DNA of 62,176 nt, filler included. It is 7 parts of 7 records of this genome, joined end to end, with 100 filler letters (N's around TTAATTAATTAA, not from the genome) between each part and the next. Parts side by side here need not be neighbours in the genome. Positions count along the whole stretch, not along the records: positions 55,797 to 62,176 come from SRR31156797_25768; 6 more parts are not named here. One strand, written 5' to 3'. This document shows positions 61,259 to 62,176 of this stretch, in pieces. The notes under the pieces are model-generated. The model searched no databases. It saw only the letters and a list, made by a program, of their open reading frames with translations, and was not told the origin of the DNA. The translations under genes and the position numbers were made by a program. Position 1 is the stretch's first letter, and each line of letters starts with the position of its first letter.

Positions 61259-62176
61259 CTAAACGGCTTCTTTCTCGGCCGCGATTTCGGGTGTTTCGGG
61301 TTCCTCTTCCAAGGGATCGATGGTGATATTGAACCAGCCATAGAGCATGGAGACAATTGGTGTCAGCCAGCAAAAGAAGTTAAACGGCAGATAGGCGATG
61401 GTGGGCACTCCCAAAGTGGCCGCCTGATAGGCACCGCCCGAGTTCCAAGGAACGAGATTGGCTGTTACTGTGGCACTGTCCTCAATGGCCCGCGACAGGT
61501 TTTTTGGGGCCAGGCCCATGTCTTTATAGGATTGGGCGTACATTTTGCCGGTCATCACGATGGACATATACTGATCGCACAGGATCAGATTGGATCCAAT
61601 GGCGGTCAGGATGGTCGCCGTAATCAACGAACCGGTGGATTGGGCTTTTTTCAATATCACACCTACGACAACGCGCAACTGATTGGTCTTTTCCATGATT
61701 CCACCATACATCATGGCGCAGATCACCAGAGACACCGTGTACATCATGGACTCGAAACCGCCTTTGGTCAGCAGGTTGTCGACCGCTTCTACGCCGCTGT
61801 TGCTGGAATAGCCCCCGTAGGCTGCCGACAGCAGGCCGCCGAAGGTGTTCCCCTGCAAGATCGCCCCCAAAAGACCGGCCGTCAGTATTCCGATCACAAT
61901 GCCCGGAACCGCCGGGATCTTGCGAAACGCCAGCGCCATGACAATAGCCGGAGGGAGCAGCAATAACGGATTGACGCTGAATTGGGCGTCGATACCGGCC
62001 AGGATCTGGTTCACGCTTTCCATGTTCGCCTGTCCGCCGCCGTAGAGAAAGCCCAGCCCGATTTCGATGATCAGGGTCAACCCGTAGCTGACGCCGGTCG
62101 TATAGGTCATGTGCTTGATATGCGTGTAAAGGTCGGTGCCCACCATTGCCGGCGCCATGTTGGTGGTGTCGGACAG
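61259..62176 (-). CDS. nhaC: NhaC-family Na+/H+ antiporter / amino-acid transporter (5'-truncated)
   Basis: SDTTNMAP, LSRAIEDSATV...LVPWN.GG.Y...TLGV motifs. Confidence 0.85.
   Translation of the reverse strand: MSDTTNMAPAMVGTDLYTHIKHMTYTTGVSYGLTLIIEIGLGFLYGGGQANMESVNQILAGIDAQFSVNPLLLLPPAIVMALAFRKIPAVPGIVIGILTAGLLGAILQGNTFGGLLSAAYGGYSSNSGVEAVDNLLTKGGFESMMYTVSLVICAMMYGGIMEKTNQLRVVVGVILKKAQSTGSLITATILTAIGSNLILCDQYMSIVMTGKMYAQSYKDMGLAPKNLSRAIEDSATVTANLVPWNSGGAYQAATLGVPTIAYLPFNFFCWLTPIVSMLYGWFNITIDPLEEEPETPEIAAEKEAV

Noticed and set aside
1-62176. CRISPR array, cas genes, rRNA
   Set aside because: No regularly spaced repeat-spacer array, Cas motif or rRNA-like sequence was seen by eye.

Overview
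This window is not one locus. It is seven unrelated metagenomic contigs joined by artificial 100-nt spacers (N-run/TTAATTAATTAA/N-run at 5770-5869, 13322-13421, 20142-20241, 39683-39782, 49261-49360, 55697-55796). (1) 1-5769, probably a Methanosarcinaceae-type archaeon: an operon of an MtaA/CmuA-type methyltransferase, a CxxC redox protein and a radical SAM enzyme that the ORF track missed; a decayed casposon-like remnant (PolB pseudogene fragment, two cargo genes, one terminal repeat); an HTH regulator; and a MITE-like element. (2) 5870-13321, an FCB-group bacterium: only secreted beta-propeller/T9SS-type proteins and lipoproteins around a tRNA-Leu 3'-half att site, with an identical 13-mer at both contig ends. 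(3) 13422-20141, a Desulfobacterota-like dcw cluster murD-ftsW-murG-murC-murB-ftsQ-ftsA. (4) 20242-39682, Bacteroidota: a giant Cys-rich PKD/T9SS protein, lipoproteins, a Vat/CatB acetyltransferase and a TPR-AraC/serine-hydrolase cluster. (5) 39783-49260, Desulfobacterota-like: two-component genes and a wzm/wzt polysaccharide cluster with methyl- and acyltransferases. (6) 49361-55696, Bacteroidota pentose/pentitol catabolism (SSS transporter, araD, Zn-dehydrogenase, araB, rpiB, tkt). (7) 55797-62176, a Desulfobacterota-like sigma54 amino-acid sensing/uptake circuit. All taxonomy and family names come from motif recognition and memory; no search was run.
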